Positions 1 to 9,940 of a stretch of 64,000 nt of DNA are shown here, piece by piece; position 1 is the stretch's first letter, and every line of letters begins with the position of its first letter. The notes below the pieces were generated by a model. It searched no databases, was not told where the DNA came from, and saw nothing but the letters and a program-made list of their open reading frames with translations. Both the position numbers and the translations under genes were made by a program. Source of the stretch: Bacillota bacterium. GTDB taxonomy: Bacteria > Bacillota > Limnochordia > DTU087. The stretch spans positions 14,141 to 78,140 of the forward strand of contig JAAYHH010000011.1 of NCBI GenBank assembly GCA_012735435.1, given 5' to 3'.

Positions 1-316
1 CCATGCTTGAAGTGAGGAGTGCTTTTACAGCAACGCCTCCTGTGGGTCCGGTAAGTGGTGGTGTGTCAGGAGAGGAGATCTTTTGCCCAAGCCCTCCGAA
101 GCAGCCGCTAAACAGGGTGCTGACAGCAACAATCACAAGGATAGCAGGGGTGATCTTCCGGTGAGAGAACCTGTCCTTTGGCCTACATTGTGCTAGTGAC
201 ACAAAAAATCGCCTCCTTGTCCCATCAGGGCAAGGCGGCGATTAATACAGCGGCAAACTTCCTGTGCCTTCGCCTTCAGTATAGAAGGCGGTGTCAGGGC
301 TGTCAAGTACTGCCAA

Positions 317-1453
317 TCACTCCGGACCAATGGCGGCAAAGGGGTTCTTATCCAGGGAGGCTATGAGCTTCTCCTTATCTACATGGGTATAGATAGTCGT
401 TGTTGAAATGTGCTCATGGCCAAGAAGCCGCATCAACGTCCGCAAATCCTCGCCATTGAGATAAAGGGCAGTGGCAAAGGTATGGCGCAGCTTGTGAGGT
501 GTTAGCATCAATTTCTTACTCTCCGGCAGGTCGGTGAGCCGCACGTAATCCTTTAGCTTCTGCTGAATAGCTCTAGGTGTAATCCTGGTGTACTTATTCC
601 CGAGAAAAAGCGCCATCCGGTGCCGGCCTTTAGCTTTGTGGCCGGGACGCACCTTCTTGTATTCTGCCACTGCTTCCCGCACTGCGGGAGGCACTGGGAC
701 AGGACGGTTTCTACCGCCTTTCCCGCCGGTAACCCTGTAAAACTCAGTATCCGGTCCTATGTCATCGACATTCATCTGCACGACTTCTCCAATCCGCAGG
801 CCCATACTCAGCATAATCAGAAAAATGGCATAGTCCCGCTGGCACCCGTGCTGCCGGACGGTATTTAGAAAGGTAAGGGCCTCCTGAGCAGTTAAGTGCA
901 TGGGGGCTTCATTGCGGTGAATGGTCTTGGTCTGCAGATCTCGGATTAAAGAGGGGTCTGACAAAAGCTGATGGTCAAAGAGGTAGCTGAAAAACCGCCT
1001 CACGGCCACAATCTTGCGGTTGAGAGTGGTTTGGGTATACCCCAAGGTTTCTTTGAGGAATAGGAAATATCCGACCAGATCATCGGCTGTGACAGCCTCA
1101 AGATCCACGGTAAAACTGTCCAGCAGCCGACTGGCCTCAGGTCCCAGTCTGTTATCGTTGGCTGCAAGGGCAGTTTCCAGCCTGTGATATGCTGTCTTGT
1201 CCTGGGGCGGAGTTACACAGTCGCATCGGCCCAGAACAAGATGCAGTTTAAGAAGGCGCAGGTCCGATCGGTAAGCTTTGGCCGTGTTGAGGCTCCGGTT
1301 GATGCCCAACGCGGCGATAAATCGTTCAACTTGAAGGTCAAAGTCTAACACTGAGAATACCTCCGGTATATCCTTATGTAGTGTTGATTCGCTGCAGCCT
1401 AGGGCGCTTCCTTGGTTTTGACTGATCTTGCTGGAGGGACCCGCAAGAGACAA
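317..1453 (-). CDS. tyrosine-type site-specific recombinase/integrase (XerC/XerD-phage integrase family)
   Basis: 378-aa ORF; C-terminal catalytic motifs HKLRHTFA and LGHEHISTTTIYTHV match the R-H-R-Y tyrosine recombinase signature; SAM-like N-terminal core-binding region. Confidence 0.85.
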   Translation of the reverse strand: MSLAGPSSKISQNQGSALGCSESTLHKDIPEVFSVLDFDLQVERFIAALGINRSLNTAKAYRSDLRLLKLHLVLGRCDCVTPPQDKTAYHRLETALAANDNRLGPEASRLLDSFTVDLEAVTADDLVGYFLFLKETLGYTQTTLNRKIVAVRRFFSYLFDHQLLSDPSLIRDLQTKTIHRNEAPMHLTAQEALTFLNTVRQHGCQRDYAIFLIMLSMGLRIGEVVQMNVDDIGPDTEFYRVTGGKGGRNRPVPVPPAVREAVAEYKKVRPGHKAKGRHRMALFLGNKYTRITPRAIQQKLKDYVRLTDLPESKKLMLTPHKLRHTFATALYLNGEDLRTLMRLLGHEHISTTTIYTHVDKEKLIASLDKNPFAAIGPE

Positions 1454-1553
1454 TCAGGGAAGAGCCTTATGTGAAAAGCTTGTAAGACCTTATGATGGTG
1501 TTTATCAGCAGAGCGACAGGACAGTTGGATAGTTATCAATGCCACCAGGATGC

Positions 1554-1955
1554 TTAGGTGTCAGCAGGGCACTGGCGCCTGTAAAGATGCTGATCAAGGC
1601 TGAGGCACAAGATTTTTCTTCTAGATAAATGGCAAACTTCCCTGCATTGCGCAGAAGATATATTATGCGAAGTGGCGAATGTGGTTATTCTGGGTAGTCT
1701 ATTGCCTCCGGCTATGCCTCTAGGTCTTGTCTCATGTCTTGCTAAGCGACCTATCAACTCTTTCCCTCGCATTGCTGTCAATAAGTAATCGTTAGTTTCT
1801 TCCTTTTGAAGTTTCGAATGTATTTGGATGCTAAACGTGAAGCCATGGGTTTTAAAGCGGCTGTAATCCTGTGGTCCAACGGCTTCAATGGAAAGTGTAA
1901 TATCAAATGCCCAGCGTGCCACAGAACCATCAGCTTCATTGGATGGATCGCGCAC
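1554..1955 (-). CDS. hypothetical ORF in AT-richer segment; may be partly spurious
   Basis: 133-aa ORF; only the N-terminal ~70 aa look protein-like, the C-terminus is R/C-rich; local AT content is higher than in the flanking genes. Confidence 0.2.
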   Translation of the reverse strand: MRDPSNEADGSVARWAFDITLSIEAVGPQDYSRFKTHGFTFSIQIHSKLQKEETNDYLLTAMRGKELIGRLARHETRPRGIAGGNRLPRITTFATSHNISSAQCREVCHLSRRKILCLSLDQHLYRRQCPADT

Positions 1956-1992
1956 GGATTATAGCCCAGACACTCACACATGTGTTTCATCA

Positions 1993-2373
1993 TCAGTTGC
2001 GACAGACTGCCATCGACGGAATCATCAGTATCTGTCCCGGCTGTAGATTCACTGACTCCAACTGGTTCAGCTTCCTAATCTCATAAACGGTCTTACGGGG
2101 ATCAGTCCCGGGTTTTGTTCTGCGGGCAATGTCCCAGAGTGTATCTCCTTGACGGACTACCACCGTTTTGTAGCTGGGTTCAGGCATGCTGTTGGATACT
2201 ATCCCAGCACTGACATGGAGCCCAATGAGCACAGCTGCCAGCACTACCAGAAACATACCAAAGAGTTTTGCCCGTAGAGATATGCCGGTACGCCTCTTAA
2301 GAGCCGTTTGGACGTACTTCCCGTGAGATCTAGTATTCATGCCGCCAAACCTTGGTTTTATCATATCAGCCAC
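1993..2373 (-). CDS. yneA: LysM-domain membrane protein, YneA-like SOS-induced cell-division inhibitor candidate
   Basis: 126 aa; one TM helix (LFGMFLVVLAAVLIGL) followed by a LysM motif (VVVRQGDTLWDIARR...GQIL); divergent from lexA with LexA boxes between them, as for B. subtilis yneA. Confidence 0.65.
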   Translation of the reverse strand: MADMIKPRFGGMNTRSHGKYVQTALKRRTGISLRAKLFGMFLVVLAAVLIGLHVSAGIVSNSMPEPSYKTVVVRQGDTLWDIARRTKPGTDPRKTVYEIRKLNQLESVNLQPGQILMIPSMAVCRN

Positions 2374-2410
2374 CTCCGGAACAGATGTCCTCTAGAACGG
2401 ATGTCCGTGA

Positions 2411-2424
2411 CGAACATATGTGCT
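2411..2424. promoter_or_regulatory. LexA (Cheo-type) SOS box CGAACATATGTGCT in the yneA/lexA divergent region
   Basis: matches the Gram-positive LexA consensus CGAAC-N4-GTTCG with one mismatch; lies between divergent lexA and the LysM gene. Confidence 0.55.
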
Positions 2425-2439
2425 ATCTATAGAGTAACA

Positions 2440-2454
2440 CGAACAACTGTTTCG
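2440..2454. promoter_or_regulatory. second LexA/Cheo-like box CGAACAACTGTTTCG
   Basis: GAAC-N4-GTTT imperfect palindrome ~30 bp from the first box, upstream of lexA. Confidence 0.45.
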
Positions 2455-2579
2455 GTCAAGACAAAAAATGGTATAAAGACGAACGGGCGTTTGCAAAGCC
2501 GTTAATCCCTGTGTTATAATGGAAAAGACTAACGCTGGAACGGATTTTTCAGGTAACTGCCTTGGGAGGGGGCCAGCTC

Positions 2580-3200
2580 ATGCGAGAGCTCACGGAGCGA
2601 CAGAGGGAAGTGCTGGAATTTATCAAGGAACGGGTTCGGGAAAAGGGATATCCCCCATCTGTTCGGGAAATAGGCGAGGCTGTGGGGCTGCGGAGCAGTT
2701 CTACGGTGCATGGACATCTTCGGCGCTTGGAAAGTAAAGGATATATTCGACGGGATCCCACTAAACCCCGGGCAATAGAGATTATCCATGATGATGAGCC
2801 CGCAGAGAGTCCCATGATAAAGGACCTAGTGTCTGTTCCACTTGTAGGAAGTGTTACAGCCGGGCAGCCCATCCTGGCCGTGGAGAACATAGAAGATTAC
2901 GTCCCTCTTCCCAGGGACTTTGCGTCAGATGAGGCTACCTTTATGCTGCGGATCAAGGGAGACAGCATGATCGATGCAGGAATCCTCGATGGCGACTATG
3001 TCGTGGTGCGGCAGCAGCCGGATGCCACCAACGGAGACATCGTAGTGGCACTCTTACAAGATGAAGCCACAGTGAAGCGCTTCTATCGAGAAGCCGATCA
3101 CGTACGGCTGCAGCCTGAGAATCCCCTCTATGATCCCATCATCACTACCGATGTGCAGATCTTGGGGAAAGTCATCGGAGTCCTGCGGAGGCTCCACTGA
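2580..3200 (+). CDS. lexA: LexA repressor (S24 peptidase)
   Basis: near-full-length similarity to B. subtilis LexA ([56 protein letters not shown], Ser/Lys dyad region); RBS GGGAGGGGG 7 nt upstream of the ATG at 2580; the ORF-track start at 2562 adds 6 aa. Confidence 0.95.
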   Translation: MRELTERQREVLEFIKERVREKGYPPSVREIGEAVGLRSSSTVHGHLRRLESKGYIRRDPTKPRAIEIIHDDEPAESPMIKDLVSVPLVGSVTAGQPILAVENIEDYVPLPRDFASDEATFMLRIKGDSMIDAGILDGDYVVVRQQPDATNGDIVVALLQDEATVKRFYREADHVRLQPENPLYDPIITTDVQILGKVIGVLRRLH

Positions 3201-3304
3201 AAACTTAGAATGCTCTCGGCACGGAAGCAAGGGGACCAAATCGGATAGTTTCCAGGTTCTCGCCGGCCCCCTGCTTCCCCGGTCGAGCGGTTTATGATAT
3301 AAAC

Positions 3305-3679
3305 CTATGAGGCCGAGTTCTCGTATTCTTCCTTAGTAATGAAAGTGCCGGATTCCAGCTGCTTGTTGACCACCCTATATGCTCCGTCGAATTCTAGGCG
3401 CAGCTGCATTCTGTTGAAACACCTATTGCCTACTATCGTCTTATTGATGAACATTTGGTATCCTTGGCTGCCTGCTTCCTCTCGCTGGATTTCCGATGAT
3501 TTGCGCAGGCGCAAAGCTAGCTTTTCCCCGCATTTGCTGCACTGAACGTAGACCCATACCGCATCCCTGGTAACCTCTACTCCCGGCTGCCTCGGGGCCT
3601 GACCCGCAGATGTCAATTTGTTCACCAGTTTCGCCAGTAAGCTCAATCTTAAACCTCCATAGCCTTTTCTGCTTGCCAT
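3305..3679 (-). CDS. hypothetical protein with CxxC motif
   Basis: 124-aa ORF; contains CSKCGEK, a possible Zn-binding motif. Confidence 0.35.
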   Translation of the reverse strand: MASRKGYGGLRLSLLAKLVNKLTSAGQAPRQPGVEVTRDAVWVYVQCSKCGEKLALRLRKSSEIQREEAGSQGYQMFINKTIVGNRCFNRMQLRLEFDGAYRVVNKQLESGTFITKEEYENSAS

Positions 3680-4068
3680 TCCTCAGACTCACTTGCCAAA
3701 GCACCCGATGTCCTCAGGACCTGCATCTGCTCCGAAGTCATTCCCAGCAGTGTGAAGAACATCTCCAGTGCCTGTTCTGTGCCCCGGAGCTGGGGATCAG
3801 CATTGTCCTGGGTACCAAAAAGAGGTAGTTTGGCATACTCCGCTGCCGCGGTCTTAAACGCCAAATCTACCCCTCTTGCTTCTACTAGCTCCATCAACTC
3901 AGTGTATTTCTGCCGTCGGCTTTCAGCTTGCACTTTCCAGAAATCGGGGTTGGATGTCAAGCTGCTGGCCAGAAGATCTTGCTTGGCTAGGCGCTTGAAC
4001 TTCTTCAACCCCCTGAGTACATCATCTTTGGCTACTTGTATCATTACGCATCCCCCCTCAATTGCCAT
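3649..4068 (-). CDS. hypothetical protein
   Basis: 139-aa ORF, no recognisable motif; co-oriented with and overlapping the next ORF. Confidence 0.4.
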   Translation of the reverse strand: MAIEGGCVMIQVAKDDVLRGLKKFKRLAKQDLLASSLTSNPDFWKVQAESRRQKYTELMELVEARGVDLAFKTAAAEYAKLPLFGTQDNADPQLRGTEQALEMFFTLLGMTSEQMQVLRTSGALASESEEWQAEKAMEV

Positions 4069-4323
4069 CGCTTACTTATTACTTCTACCCGATATTAACA
4101 AATCCTTTCAAGGTAAAGAGCGAATCCCAGCTTACTGGAGACTTTAGACAGCTCTGGGCGATGGTAACTTGCATATTCACGTGGTATAACCTATGCTGCA
4201 ACTGCGGGGAAAAGTAACCTAACATTAGCATTGGTTTGGTTTGCGGGTAATATGTACCCAGAAATCTTTCTTGGAAAACCCTATTTTTTTATAGACGGGC
4301 TGCGGTGCGGATCAGCGGCTGGT

Positions 4324-5010
4324 CTAGAAGGCACCGTGACGCTTAAGCTCACGGACTGCTTGAGGAGCTTGAAGATAGTGATAGATGGCCATGAAGTACT
4401 GCTGCTTTTCTTTATATGCAGCACTTAGGAGCAAATGGGTATACTGGTTTTCCCGGTCCAGTTCCAGTGCGTACTCTAGATGATATAGAGCACGATCAAT
4501 ATCTCCTCCCTGGGCATAGGTGAAGGCACAGAAATTCCGGGTCCAGACGTTGTTTGGGTCTAAACTAATGATCCGTTCAAAATAGCCGGTTGCTTGCTCT
4601 AGATCGCCAAAGGCGTAGCTGCCGAAGGCGGCACAATTGAGAAGCAGCACATCATCTGGAGAGTGACGCAGCTGATTTAGTTTATCCAAGACGAAGCTGG
4701 CGATTTCCTGCCGATATTCCTTATCGCCAGCAATGGACAATTCTTCCATTGCTTGTGCAAGCAACCCCATATTGGCGTAGGCGATTCCCCTTAGCAAACG
4801 GCTCTCTACTGTGTCGCTCTCCTTCTGGTCTTCAATAACTCGGGCCCAGTCTACAACCTGATTCTGAGGCTTGTCCTCGGCATAGACATAATCAGGCAGG
4901 ATGATCCCGGCTGCGGCAAAACAGCAAATAAGGACCATCAAAGATATATTTGCAATTAGCTGCTGCCAGAGATTATGATTTTTCATAACCCCACTCTCCC
5001 TATCCGCCAA
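4324..5010 (-). CDS. TPR-repeat protein with N-terminal membrane anchor
   Basis: 228 aa; N-terminal TM (LMVLICCFAAAGIIL) and repeated A/Y/L-rich 34-aa TPR-like units. Confidence 0.6.
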   Translation of the reverse strand: MADRESGVMKNHNLWQQLIANISLMVLICCFAAAGIILPDYVYAEDKPQNQVVDWARVIEDQKESDTVESRLLRGIAYANMGLLAQAMEELSIAGDKEYRQEIASFVLDKLNQLRHSPDDVLLLNCAAFGSYAFGDLEQATGYFERIISLDPNNVWTRNFCAFTYAQGGDIDRALYHLEYALELDRENQYTHLLLSAAYKEKQQYFMAIYHYLQAPQAVRELKRHGAF

Positions 5011-5248
5011 ATAACAAATCCACTCCCAAGAATGCTGTCTGCAGCACTACTGAGGCCTGAAATATCCAAATCGCCAACCTGATTAGCACTGCCAGCAGTC
5101 TCAAGCAGCGGTTCTGGTGAACTTCCTCGGACACACTAGATCCCAAAAGGCTCTCCCATGCCCAGACATATACACCAATGCCCAAGAAAACCAAAACCCC
5201 GCTTGCCAGCGCTGTGGACAGCATAACTGTACTTAGATGCATGATCAT
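5000..5248 (-). CDS. small membrane protein
   Basis: 82 aa with two hydrophobic helices; 11-nt overlap with the downstream TPR gene suggests an operon. Confidence 0.4.
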   Translation of the reverse strand: MIMHLSTVMLSTALASGVLVFLGIGVYVWAWESLLGSSVSEEVHQNRCLRLLAVLIRLAIWIFQASVVLQTAFLGVDLLFGG

Positions 5249-5295
5249 CCCCCTGGCAGCATATGCGGCTGCCGCACTAGGGGTACTGCCTCAAC

Positions 5296-6063
5296 CTAAT
5301 CCAGATTCCAACTGGCCAATTCCTTCATAAACTCCTCATGGGTCAGCTGGAAGCGGACCGGTGTGATGGAAATCCAACCATCCTTCACTGCCCTGGTGTC
5401 TGAATCGGGGCCTTCATCCATATCAACGGCTTCCCCCGTCAGCCAGTAATACGGCCGTCCCCAAGGGTCCTCCCGCTTTTCTACAAAGTCGCGGTATCTA
5501 CGGATCCCCACCCGGGTGATCTTAATTCCTTTCATCTCCTCTGCCGGCAGTCGAGGCAGATTTATATTCAATAAAGTGTCTTCCGGCAGGCCGTTTTTCA
5601 TAATAGCCCTGGCAGCTCCAGCGGCTAGCTGCGCTGCTTTATCCAATCCCAGCCACTCTTCAGAGTGATCAGATATGGATACTGCTATGGCGGGAATTCC
5701 CATGATTAACCCTTCCACTGCCGCCGATACTGTGCCGGAATACAGGACATCAGTGCCTAGGTTGGGCCCAGCATTTACTCCCGAAACCACTAACTGGGGC
5801 CGGTGTTCCAGCAGCACCTCTACCCCCAGTTTTACACAATCGGCTGGAGTACCATCCAGCTGGAAAGCCTGGACGGCACCGGGGATGCCGCTGATTTCAA
5901 CGGCCCGCAATGGTCGATGCATTGTTACAGCATGTCCCGTTCCGCTTCGCTCCTGATCCGGCGCCACTACACTTACAGTTCCCACTTCACTTAGGGCCCT
6001 GACCAATTCCCGCAGTCCCCTTGATCTAATTCCATCATCATTGGTCACGAGAATGTTCACCAT
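5296..6063 (-). CDS. surE: 5'/3'-nucleotidase SurE
   Basis: MVNILVTNDDGIRSRGL N-terminal SurE signature; start moved to MVNIL (ORF-track start 6084). Confidence 0.9.
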   Translation of the reverse strand: MVNILVTNDDGIRSRGLRELVRALSEVGTVSVVAPDQERSGTGHAVTMHRPLRAVEISGIPGAVQAFQLDGTPADCVKLGVEVLLEHRPQLVVSGVNAGPNLGTDVLYSGTVSAAVEGLIMGIPAIAVSISDHSEEWLGLDKAAQLAAGAARAIMKNGLPEDTLLNINLPRLPAEEMKGIKITRVGIRRYRDFVEKREDPWGRPYYWLTGEAVDMDEGPDSDTRAVKDGWISITPVRFQLTHEEFMKELASWNLD

Positions 6064-6074
6064 CCGGCCTCCTA

Positions 6075-6728
6075 CTACTGCCAAGTAATTTCTTTTACTT
6101 CTGGTAGAGCAGATAACTCCTGCATCAGCACCTCTAGACGAAGGTTATGGGGAGTTTCCACTTTCATTTCTACGTAGCATTCCCCATCATCGGTTGTATC
6201 TACTTTCATAGTGCGGATGTTAACCCTCTTTTGTCCCAAGAGCGTAGCTATGGCAGCCAGCTGGCCAGGTCGATCGGCAATATGCATCCGTAGAGAACGT
6301 TCCTCATGTGGGAGCAGGTACCTTTCCAGCCTGTTGACCAAGGTCAAGACTGCAAGAATGGTGGTTACAACGGCGCCTAGGTAAAATCCAGCACCAAGAG
6401 CCAGACCGATGCCAGCCACAACCCAAAGGCTGGCTGCCGTGGTAAGCCCCTTGATGCTCGTACCTTCCCTTAGAATGGTACCGGCACCAAGAAAACCGAT
6501 GCCGCTTACCACCTGGGCTGCGAGCCTGGCAGGATCCCGGGTTGTACCTATCCCAGACATCTCGAAGCCGTAGATGGAAATCAGCATAATTAAGGTTGAA
6601 CCTAGGCAAACAAGAATTTGAGTGCGAAATCCAGCGGCCCTGCCGTGGATTTCCCGCTCAAGGCCAATTAAGCCTCCGGCAGCAACGGCTAGAACCAGCC
6701 GTAGAATAATCTCCAATTGAGTCAGCAC
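6075..6728 (-). CDS. mgtC: MgtC/SapB family membrane protein
   Basis: AAGGLIGLEREIHGRAAGFRTQILVCLGS MgtC N-terminal signature; C-terminal ACT-like domain. Confidence 0.85.
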   Translation of the reverse strand: MLTQLEIILRLVLAVAAGGLIGLEREIHGRAAGFRTQILVCLGSTLIMLISIYGFEMSGIGTTRDPARLAAQVVSGIGFLGAGTILREGTSIKGLTTAASLWVVAGIGLALGAGFYLGAVVTTILAVLTLVNRLERYLLPHEERSLRMHIADRPGQLAAIATLLGQKRVNIRTMKVDTTDDGECYVEMKVETPHNLRLEVLMQELSALPEVKEITWQ

Positions 6729-6802
6729 CTAACTGTACCTCCCCCCGTTTTCAGCTCCCCAAAGGTACTCAAACCTCAGCCGGGATGAAGGAATTAGGTT
6801 TC

Positions 6803-7165
6803 TCAGCTTAGTTTGGTGTGGCAATTGGGACAAAATTCGTTCTCAGCATCTACCGCAGCGAAGCAGCGGTAGCAATCCCGCTTTAACGCACCTTTACAGT
6901 GGGGGCAAAAGGCAAGCCAGTCGAGGGCTTTCTTTTTGCAGTAGGGGCAAATGCGCATGGCACCTTTGGGGCGAACTAGAAGATATATGATTAAGACGAT
7001 AGCTGCACCAATGGGGCCTAACGGTCCGAGAAAAAAAAGGCCAACAAGCAGTGCGGTGGCGGCCCACAGGATGGGGTTGGCATCTCGTCCTTTAGCATCA
7101 CTGTAAGTCCAATAAGCAACTGGGCCTGCAAAGACCAGATTGATGGCCAGAGCTGTCCAATTCAT
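6803..7165 (-). CDS. membrane protein with C-terminal double zinc-ribbon
   Basis: 120 aa; two TM helices then CPYC..CPHC..CYRC..CPNC cysteine pairs. Confidence 0.6.
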   Translation of the reverse strand: MNWTALAINLVFAGPVAYWTYSDAKGRDANPILWAATALLVGLFFLGPLGPIGAAIVLIIYLLVRPKGAMRICPYCKKKALDWLAFCPHCKGALKRDCYRCFAAVDAENEFCPNCHTKLS

Positions 7166-7329
7166 GAATGCGGCGCTGTTTTCCAGAGCAATCCTTTAGA
7201 CGCGCCTTCTCCCCTTTCTTTGTAGACATTGGGCCTCCATCCAAAAACGAAGGAAGTCCATATTGCCAGTATTTCGTCAGACAGCCCAAAACCCCTGCCC
7301 TTGAAAGCACATGGTTTTTGCCAGTCCTG

Positions 7330-7980
7330 CTATAGCTGTCTTCCGATCTTAGCCTTAATCCGGCAAAGGGCATTATCAATAGACTTGGTATGGGTACCCA
7401 GCTCTTCGGCCATCTCTTTGTAAGATAACCCGTTGATGTAAAGCTTGAAAACTCTGTACTCAAAATCACTGAGGACTTCTTTTATGTAGCGCTGAGTATG
7501 CTGAAGCCTTTCCCGATCGATAACCAGCGCTTCTGGATCATCTACCCTGTTGTTGGAGAGCACCTCCATCAGGGTTCGGTCTCCCTCGGCATCATAAATG
7601 GGTTTGTGTAAAGATGTGTACGAGTTAAGGGGGATATGCTTCTGCCTGGTAGTGCCCTTGATGGCACTGATAATATTGCGGGTGATGCACAGCTTGGCGA
7701 AGGACCAGAAAGATGAGGAACCTGGAGTAAAATCACGGATTGCCTTGTACAGCCCGATCATCCCTTCTTGCAAGAGATCATCATCCTCAGCTCCCTGCAA
7801 GAAGTAGGGTCGGGTCCATATGTAGACTAACTTCTGATACTTGTACAACAAGTAATCAACTGCATCTTGACGACCAGCCTGGGCTTGCTTCACGATGTCT
7901 TCATCAGGCAAATCCCGGAAGGCCTTGAACCCATCGAAATGATAGTTGAGCGGCAATGCACTACCCATGGACATGACCAC
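7330..7980 (-). CDS. sigH: RNA polymerase sigma factor SigH (Spo0H)-like
   Basis: 216 aa; strong similarity to B. subtilis SigH (YLLYKYQ, LQEGMIGLYKAIRDF, TRQKHIPLNSYTSL.KPIYD..DRTL, SIDNALCRIKAKI). Confidence 0.8.
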   Translation of the reverse strand: MVMSMGSALPLNYHFDGFKAFRDLPDEDIVKQAQAGRQDAVDYLLYKYQKLVYIWTRPYFLQGAEDDDLLQEGMIGLYKAIRDFTPGSSSFWSFAKLCITRNIISAIKGTTRQKHIPLNSYTSLHKPIYDAEGDRTLMEVLSNNRVDDPEALVIDRERLQHTQRYIKEVLSDFEYRVFKLYINGLSYKEMAEELGTHTKSIDNALCRIKAKIGRQL

Positions 7981-8185
7981 TCCTTTGGCTCAAGAAAAAG
8001 AATGCTATGTTATCAATATCTACCAAATTGTACAATTCAACACAAGTACGGCAAATCCTTCAATCCAGCCGGAAAACGAAATATGCCCTTCCCGTCTCGT
8101 TCATCAGAACGCAGAACGGTAAGGGCATGTCACGGACAACTACTCTCTTTGGAGTAACACATATAACTCCAGCTTCGCCTCCTTT

Positions 8186-8569
8186 TTAGGTGGCTTGTGG
8201 ACTCTTCACCATCCCTTGCTTTATCACTCCCCTCTTTACCTCAGAGGAGTCGGTATCCTTGGCCTTAAAGTGCTCGAGCATGTAGTTCAGCGCATTCCAG
8301 GGATCAACTGTATCCCCGCAGGTGAATACGTCAATGGCAGCATACTCGTATTCCGGCCACGTATGAATAGCAAGGTGGGATTCAGAGATCACCACAACAC
8401 CACTTACTCCTTGGGGCGCAAATTTGTGAAATGCAACTTCCCGCACTTCCGCCCCAGCGTGCAGCGCCGCCTGTACCATGATGTTTTCGACCTGATCTCT
8501 GTCGTCCAATACCTTAGGATCACATCCATATGCTTCGCACAGGACGTGACGACCCAAAGCATTTTTCAT
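8186..8569 (-). CDS. speH: S-adenosylmethionine decarboxylase proenzyme (class 1, pyruvoyl)
   Basis: 127 aa; processing and active-site motif VISESHLAIHTWPE. Confidence 0.9.
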   Translation of the reverse strand: MKNALGRHVLCEAYGCDPKVLDDRDQVENIMVQAALHAGAEVREVAFHKFAPQGVSGVVVISESHLAIHTWPEYEYAAIDVFTCGDTVDPWNALNYMLEHFKAKDTDSSEVKRGVIKQGMVKSPQAT

Positions 8570-8692
8570 TCCATTCCCAGCCCCCTTCCGGTCTCTCCAC
8601 CCTTCTGTTGATGTGTGGTTTACGACTTTAACAAGAACATTTTAGCAGACCTGCCCTGCATGTCAAGCAGTGCAGGCTTAGCTTACTCCTCC

Positions 8693-9940
8693 TTATGCAG
8701 ACCCTTCGGTTTTTGACACAAGGGATTCCACTACATGCCGAAGAGCCAGCTCTACATGTTCTTTACACAGCCCTCCCTGCAGGTACGCTATATAGGGAGC
8801 CCGCAGCGGCCCATCAGCACTTAATTCTATGGAAGAGCCCTGAATGAAAGTACCCCCAGCCATAATGACGGGGTCTTCATAACCAGGCATATCCCCCGGC
8901 ACCGGCTGAACAAAGCTGTCTACAGGAGAGGCTGCCTGAATGCCCTGACAAAAGGTCAGCAGTGCTTCCTTTGTTGACATCTCCACAGCTTGAACAATAT
9001 CCCCTCTCGGCTCATTCCATCGGGGAGAAACGGGATACCCAAGATCTTCCATGACCTTTGCCGCAAGAACGGCTCCGGCAAGTGCCTCACCCACCACGTG
9101 GGGTGCCATCCACAATCCCTGCAGGATCCAGCGATTTAGCCCAAAGGTTGGTCCCAGCTTGCCCCCTAATCCCGGAGCTGTCATTCGATCAGCGACAGCC
9201 TCGAGGAGATGGGCACTACCAACTACATAGCCGCCCCCCGCCACTAGACCCCCGCCAGGATTTTTGATCAGAGAACCAGCTATTAGGTCCGCTCCCACGT
9301 GGCACGGCTCCTGGGTTTCGACAAATTCTCCGTAGCAATTATCGACGAAGATGATAGTCTTGGGGCTGATTTCTCTCACCAGGGAAACAATAGCTCCGAT
9401 TTCATCAATACTTAGGGCTGGGCGCCAGCTGTAACCCCGGGAGCGCTGAATTAGCGCCATTTTGGTTCCAGGGCTGACAGCAGCCAAAATTCCCTCTTTA
9501 CTCCATCTGCCCTCCTCATCCAGCGGTACCTCTCTATAGGAAATGCCCTGGCACACTAAACTTCGGGGCAAATCACCTTTTATGCCGATGACCTGCTGCA
9601 GGGTATCATAGGGGGCTCCAGTGAGGGAGATTAGCTCATCCCCCGGCTCCAACAAAGCCGCGAGGCAAGTGGCTATGGCGTGGGTTCCAGAAACCAGCTG
9701 AGGTCGAACCAGGGCAGCTTCTCCGCCAAAGATCTGGGCATATATAGACTCAATAGTTTCACGGCCGCTGTCGTTATAGCCGTAGCCGGTGCTGCCGGCA
9801 AAATGATACTCACTCACATGATGGTCTTGAAATGCCGCCAGTACCCGGGCTTGGTTGACCAGCTTAATCCTTTCGATCTCATCCCATTTGGGTCTAACGG
9901 CTGTCTTAGCTTCATGAATCAACTGCTGAACTGATTGCAT
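8693..9940 (-). CDS. PLP-dependent C-S lyase family protein (aluminium-resistance/YnbB-like, Met gamma-lyase fold)
   Basis: 415 aa; YnbB-family N-terminus (HVSEYHFAGSTGYGYND.GRE) and fold-type I PLP-enzyme layout. Confidence 0.7.
   Translation of the reverse strand: MQSVQQLIHEAKTAVRPKWDEIERIKLVNQARVLAAFQDHHVSEYHFAGSTGYGYNDSGRETIESIYAQIFGGEAALVRPQLVSGTHAIATCLAALLEPGDELISLTGAPYDTLQQVIGIKGDLPRSLVCQGISYREVPLDEEGRWSKEGILAAVSPGTKMALIQRSRGYSWRPALSIDEIGAIVSLVREISPKTIIFVDNCYGEFVETQEPCHVGADLIAGSLIKNPGGGLVAGGGYVVGSAHLLEAVADRMTAPGLGGKLGPTFGLNRWILQGLWMAPHVVGEALAGAVLAAKVMEDLGYPVSPRWNEPRGDIVQAVEMSTKEALLTFCQGIQAASPVDSFVQPVPGDMPGYEDPVIMAGGTFIQGSSIELSADGPLRAPYIAYLQGGLCKEHVELALRHVVESLVSKTEGSA

Noticed and set aside
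1-316. Possible tRNA or att site downstream of the integrase
   Set aside because: No cloverleaf-like sequence (no TTCGAATCC-type T-arm) or direct repeat could be recognised by eye. The left end of any element would be outside the window.
1778-1993. 71-aa ORF in an alternative frame within the AT-rich segment between the recombinase and the LysM gene
   Set aside because: Overlaps another doubtful ORF; the peptide is Cys/His/Lys-rich without motif. The region is more likely non-coding or a degraded remnant.
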